From the human T2T-CHM13v2.0 reference genome, Homo sapiens, in assembly GCF_009914755.1 (NCBI RefSeq), contig NC_060931.1: DNA of 64,000 bases, one strand, 5' to 3'. Of this stretch, positions 56,746 to 64,000 are shown piece after piece. The position numbers were made by a program, and so were the translations under genes. The notes beneath the pieces were generated by a model that did no database searches, was not told the DNA's origin, and worked only from the letters and a program-made list of their open reading frames with translations. Every line of letters begins with the position of its first letter. Positions within the stretch are counted from its first letter, which is position 1.

Positions 56746-57069
56746 ATCTGCACTCATTCATCCATCAACTTATTTATTATATATAAAATAAATGTATATT
56801 TTTATATAATAAATAAATAATATTTTATATATATAATAATATATTTTATATATAATTCTGCACTCATTCATCCTACTTATTTATTATATATTATTATATA
56901 TAATAAATTATTTATTATTTATTATTATATATAATAAATTATTTATTAATTATATATAATTATATATTTCATATATAATAAATAAGTTGATGGATGAATG
57001 AGTGCAGATATATATATATCTAACTATATACATATATATGTTTATATGTATATATATATATGTAGTTAG
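56746..57069. repeat. AT-rich inverted repeat (perfect 39-bp arms) with an internal direct copy and an adjacent second hairpin
   Basis: 56746-56784 is the exact reverse complement of 56971-57009; a near copy of the left arm lies at 56857-56891; CTAACTA (57020-57026) pairs with TAGTTAG (57063-57069). Confidence 0.95.
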
Positions 57070-57427
57070 CTGTTGTCATCCTTTCCTTGACTTCTGTGTG
57101 TTGGATTCTCAGAGCTGACAGTCAAGCCTGTCTTCAAAGACTCCTGGCTCTCATTGAGCAAGCTTAAAGTCCCAGAAATTTTCAGTCTTCCCTGTCCTGT
57201 TATGGTTACTGGTGTCATATCCTAAGGCCACTGAGCTCCTGAGCTTGTCCTCTCCACTTGTACCTAATTCACTAATTTTAGTGCAGAACATTTTGCCTTT
57301 AAACTAACACTCAACCCCATCTTCCAAACTTATTTCTCCCCTATTTTCTTCTTTCAAGTCCAAGTTCCTATGCCATCCAAAGTGACAATGAAGGTGTTCT
57401 AAATGGATGGGAAAATGCTAGAGAATA

Positions 57428-58560
<1,133 letters not shown>

Positions 58561-58564
58561 AGCC

Positions 58565-58931
58565 TATCCCCAAAATTAGAAGAATATATTTTTTCAAGTG
58601 CTTATGGGTAAAAGTATACATTAAATTCTTATATTAGTAAAGAAGAAAGGTCACAATCAGTTATGTAAACCTCTACCTAAAGAAAATTTAAAAAAGAAGA
58701 ACAAATTAAACCCAAAGTAAGCAGAAGTAACGAACTAATAAAGATAGGAGTAGGAATCAATGAAGTAGGAAACAGAATAACAATAAAGAAAGCCAATGAA
58801 ACTGAAAGCTGGTTCTTTGAAAATACCAGTATCATTGATAAACCTCTAATCAAACTGAACAAAGAGAGACAGGGAGGGAGAAAGAAAGAAAGTCAGCACA
58901 CAAATTCACATTTTCAGGAAAGAAAGGAGGA
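58565..58931 (+). mobile_element. Old L1 ORF2 internal fragment
   Basis: AAACCCAAAGTAAGCAGAAG..AAAGCTGGTTCTTTGAAA..ATTGATAAACCTCTA. Confidence 0.75.
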
Positions 58932-59229
<298 letters not shown>

Positions 59230-60173
59230 TCATTAGATTTACCAGCCCTGATATTCTTGGTGACCTTAGGAATAGAAGTGGTGAAGGAAACAGGGCTGCC
59301 ATGGATGGAAGAGTGACTAGAAGATGATGCTTGATTGGGAAGAGGTGAGAAGGCATTACAGCTGGAGGGAGATGTAGGATTGAGGAGTTTTTCATTGTTT
59401 ATTTGAGGCAAGAGAATCATGAACATATTCAAATGCCAAATACAAGAAAGCAAAAGCCAGCAGAAGAGGAGAGGTTCAACTTCCAGGAGTGGGGTGGGGA
59501 CAATTGATAGGACAAGGTCTCTCTGTAGTTTGAAAGAGGATGAGTTGGGCAGTGGGACCTTCTCAAATCGGTGATGTTACACATATATGATTTCTCAGTG
59601 TCCTTCTGGAGGTTACTTCTCTTGCCAGACAGGAATTTCAGGCCATATAGGAGATAATATATATTTTAGGAGAAAGAATTCTATGGTCCTTCAAGTAATA
59701 CACTGCAGATGGTCATCTACTCTTTTTAAGATTAGCCTTAACTAGCAGTTATCCATATTACAAGCTGACCCCTTACCTGTAATGGTTCTACTCTCTATGC
59801 CTAGATCAAGAACATACCTTTTTGCTAGAGATGATAGGTTTTGAGGTGCAAGTCTTATAAAGCTGTAATTATTTCTATATTATCAAAGTTTTCCTTGCTT
59901 TTATTGTATGCTGTTAGCTTTTAGTTTCTGTCTCTATAGGTATTTGTTTCCTATAACCATAAATAAAACAATACGTGGATTCTTCTTCCGAAGTCCCCAT
60001 TGGGTCTGAATCTGGAAGCATCACATATTCCATCCATCTAATTTGTTATTTCAGTCATTCTTTAACTCTCTTAAAATAATTACGTGATTCATTATTTTTC
60101 TTCCCAATGAAAAAAAATTCTCTTTAATCATTTTATGGCTTATATAGCTTTCAGGATATATGAACATATATAA

Positions 60174-60175
<2 letters not shown>

Positions 60176-60215
<40 letters not shown>
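60176..60215. repeat. (AC)20 microsatellite
   Basis: Direct reading. Confidence 0.97.
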
Positions 60216-60217
<2 letters not shown>

Positions 60218-60489
60218 GTTTAAAGTCGCTTCCCATACAATGAAGGCTTTCTGTGCATAAAGTAGGTCCTTTATGCACATTTAGAACCTCTGTAACTTTA
60301 TTCAGACCATTTTTTCAAACTATTAATGAAAGTAGGGATTATTGTTATTATATGGGTCCATTAAAAATCTACTTAAAAAAATTGTGCAGTGAATATAAAT
60401 GAAAATTTCATTATATTAATCTTAGATTTAAAAGGCGTAGTTGAAACAATGAAAGAAACTGGCTGAGGATGAGAGCAGAGTTTTTCTCA

Positions 60490-60620
60490 GAGGTTGTTTG
60501 AGAATAATGAAACTGAGGTCCTGAAAGATTAGCTGACATTGGCAGGGTCACTCAGTGAGTTAGCGGCAGCATCAGAATTAGAATTCAGGTCTTCTGGCTC
60601 TTGGATAGAACTGTACTCTT
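60490..60620 (-). mobile_element. MIR fragment
   Basis: ATGAAACTGAGGTC..AGGGTCACTCAGTGAGTTAG..GAATTCAGGTCTTCTGGCTC. Confidence 0.65.
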
Positions 60621-60667
60621 TGTCCTGTTATGATAGGTGAAAAGACATATTTTTAAAATATGCCAGT

Positions 60668-61023
60668 TGTATTAGTCCGTTTTCATGCTGCTGATAAGAT
60701 GTACCTGAGACTGGGTAATTTATAAAGGAAAGAGGCTTAATTGTACTTACAGTTCCACATGGCTGGAGAAGCCTCACAATCATGGGGGAAGGCAAGGAGG
60801 AGCAAGTCCTGTCTTACATGGATGGCAGCAGGCAAAGAGAGAGAGCTTGTGCACGGGAACTCCTCTTTATAAAACCATCAGACCTCAGGAGACTTATTTG
60901 CTATCACGAGAACAGCACAGGAAAGACCTGCCCCTATGATTCAGTTACGTCCCTCTAGGTCCCTCCCACAATATGCGGGCATTCAAAATGAGATTTGTGT
61001 GGGGACACAGCCAAACCATATCA
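60668..61023 (-). mobile_element. THE1A/B solo LTR
   Basis: TGTATTAGTCCGTTTTCATGCTGCTG...GGGGACACAGCCAAACCATATCA; TSD CCAGT/CTGGT. Confidence 0.93.
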
Positions 61024-63037
61024 CTGGTGTAATCCATTTAAAAGTAAAAATATAAATAATACACATACATTTTTGGACACACAAAACCTATGAAGAGTTT
61101 AAACAACATTTTCTCCCCCATAGAACTTATTTGTTCCATGCTAATATACAAACCAAAGTGACCCATTAATTAGTAACATATAGAAACTGGGAGATGTAAA
61201 TACTTTCAGAGAAGGCTTTCAGGATGGCCAGGAAAACAATACTTGTGTGCTCCTGAAATTTCACTGTATGTAATGACTTTGTAATTCCTTTTATTTCACT
61301 GAACCAATGTGATGTTCTATATTAAGAATTCAATCTGTTGTGATATTATTGCATAGGAATATTCATCAGATTCATAAGCTTAGACACGATTAAGTCCATT
61401 CTCTTCAGAGCCTTTCAGACTCCATTTTCATATTAACTCATCCCTATTGTGGCATTTATACCTTAGAAATTACTTTTTATTTTGATAGACTTAAAAGAGC
61501 TGTTTTTATTATTCTTCCCATGGTGCCATTTATTTCATCAACAAGAATCATAACCTTCGTTTTGTGTTTTCTCTTCTGTTACTTTGGTTGATGTGTGAGA
61601 CCTAGTCATTGAGTTCCTGAGGGTCGTGTGGGGTGGGTGGCTTTGCTTTTGTGGCCACTGATATGCCCTTCTGCGGGCTTCCATTCACACATGGATTTAT
61701 CTAAGTCCCTTATGCCACAATAGCCTGGAAAAATCTTAATTTTATGGTAAATTATTTACAAAGAAGAGGCACCTAACAATTTCAAGTCTGTATAATGGTG
61801 ACAAAGAAAAAGAAATAGGAAATTTCATTTTTTCAATGTGCCTTCTTCAAAAGTGAATGCAGTGTAATTGGATCTGAATTCCTTAAAAAAAGATGTTCAT
61901 GAAAAGTTTTGAAATATAGAAATTCAAAGTAAAAGCAGTATCAATTTGTGCGAAACAGAAGAATAATTTAAAGTAAATTCAGTAGAGAAATGCTTATATT
62001 GGCAATGGTCATTCAAAACAGCCATTTGAATCTCTTGACCTAAAAAACAATTGCTGATGTGTTTGGCAGTGACATGATGGAGGTAGGCTGATATTAGCCT
62101 TTAGCCCTTTTATAAAAGGAAGGCAGGTGAATTGCGGTCTGGAGAGATAGATAGTAGCCCCAGAGAAATAAAAGGTGTTCATAAATTTCTTCTGCTTGCT
62201 AATGAGCCCAATCTGTCTCTCATCTTACCTCTACTTCAGTGTCAGCTTGTTAAAGTTGCAAAACTTAAAAGTTACTTGACTATTGAAGGAGATTGATGCT
62301 ACCAGTGGGTCACTCTCAGTCCTCCTGGATCCACAGTGTTGTACTATGCTCAGTGACCAGCACAAGAATCCAGTCCAGCCACAAGTCTGCTCTTATATGC
62401 TTCTCCAGCACTGACTGTATTTATGGAAAATGTGGCTTTGGCTTCAGGGTAGGTATTCCTAAGCTAAAAAATAAATCCATGCTGTCCATTTTTTGGCACC
62501 TTTCCTTGTGATTTAAAAACCAATGCAAATCAAATCAATAATAATTCATTTTCTTTTTACCAAATTTGGAATATACCAAATAACACAGTCCTAAAAGATG
62601 AATACTCTTGCTATGTTGCTGAAACTTGACTTCTATCTGGAAGCCTGGGGAGTTGGTCAGCCAAATCACTTCATTGCATCACTGCACAAAACCACATCCC
62701 CACGTGGTTGGGAACTGCTGTAGGCTTAGAAGCCAAAGGTCTTGTTCCCCTATTTACATTTTTCTGTAAAATGCACTTTTATGATATAACTGGTCTTTTG
62801 CTTAAGTTAAGATGCCCAGAATCCAATCATTTTTAATAGAATAGAGCACTTGCTTTCCTGATTTGAGAAACAAGGTGTTTCAGGTATGAATATGTAGGGT
62901 GATTTTTATCTTCTTTAATGATTAAAATCTAAAAGTGAGAGTTGGAACATTAGTTACAAAAATACTTTTTAAAAAGGTAAAATTGTTTTTGGAGTTGAGA
63001 TAATCAGCTGTCCAGATTAATATGTATAATATAAGAT

Positions 63038-63083
63038 ACATATGTAGGCGGTGCATAAATATTTGTTGAATGAATGAATGAAA
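63038..63083 (+). mobile_element. L2 3' tail
   Basis: ATAAATATTTGTTGAATGAATGAATGAA. Confidence 0.65.
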
Positions 63084-64000
63084 AGTGATTTACAACAATT
63101 GAAAAATCTTCTTTATGATCCCTTCTTCAGTATTCCAAGCCACAACCAAGTTCAGCTAACTGAATAGAGAAAGACATTGAGTTTATAACCCTTTAACAAA
63201 ATAAAAGGTTATAATTACTTGTCCCTGGCTCTAACAATTATTTAATTCTCTGAAGAAATTTTAAACTGAAGGTTTTAGTATAAAAAAGGCATTAGCTTTA
63301 AAAATGGGCTTATGTTCACCTAGAACTTAGAACATTTGCTTTTAAAAAAATAATTGTGAAATCAAGAAACCCAAATATCCAGTTTTATCACTGATAAATA
63401 CCTAGGGTGTTCATGTCTCAGATAAACTAAGATTATAAGCCTTTCTTACTCCTATGTCCAACTGACACCCAAATTGTCCCCATTTATTATGACTTAAAAT
63501 AACTATGATCATGATAACAATAATTCAATAAAAATAACAAGTGCCATTATACACCAAACTCAGCAGCATTTATGTTAACAGCCTGTAATCTATTTGAAAT
63601 GAAACAAAATTATTCTAAAGTATGCTTAGATATATATTAAAAATTCAGTTGCTATTAGGTTAATATTCTTAGCACATGAAATGGAATATGAAATTATGGG
63701 CTCATATTCTTAATGATGTTTCAGAGGGATTTTTCAGTCACTGTATTTGAAACATCTGATAAAAATTGGGTTATTCTATAATACATTTTACAAATTTATT
63801 TCAGTTATTGGGAACATATATGGATCTTAAGGCAGTATTTTATACTTGATAAGCATTAATTCTTGTTCTTGATCTTGTTCTCAGTAATCTAAATGTGCTA
63901 GTGTGGTTTAAAAAAATTCTACTACAGCTTAACTGATTGCTAAATGATGACATTTTTGAAGTTGCAATGAATTATCTATTAAATAGAGTCTAATTTAGGT

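Noticed and set aside
56746-57009. Interpretation as a pre-miRNA or a MITE
   Set aside because: The loop is far too long and A/T-only for a canonical pre-miRNA; there is no TSD and the arms match no TIR I recognise. Kept as a rearrangement finding.

Overview
AT-rich primate genomic DNA, most likely human: it carries AluJ/S/Y, LTR12C, THE1, L1PA and HSMAR2 elements. I find no intact protein-coding gene, RNA gene or CRISPR array. The ORFs I can identify are decayed LINE-1 or transposase fragments, and the rest look like chance frames. The window is intronic or intergenic and dominated by transposon fossils: a near-full-length L1PA7-like element (40070-45728), a 4.6-kb L1MA1-like element (12187-16820), a full-length HSMAR2 mariner (52865-54150), a Charlie-type hAT element with both TIRs and its TSD (19879-20849), a solo ERV9 LTR12C (8174-9669), four THE1 solo LTRs, MLT1 and LTR16 LTRs, nine Alus, and many MIR/L2/MER pieces. 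The most unusual structures are: (1) an AT-rich duplication-plus-inversion with perfect 39-bp arms at 56746-57069, which could form a cruciform; (2) an inverted Alu pair at 57922-59223 that shares non-consensus variants, suggesting gene conversion; (3) a 3x43-bp minisatellite with a 12-bp palindrome in each unit; (4) several templated micro-duplications and a fold-back insertion. I cannot support a new gene system here. Repeat subfamily names come from recalled consensus sequences and need RepeatMasker/Dfam confirmation.
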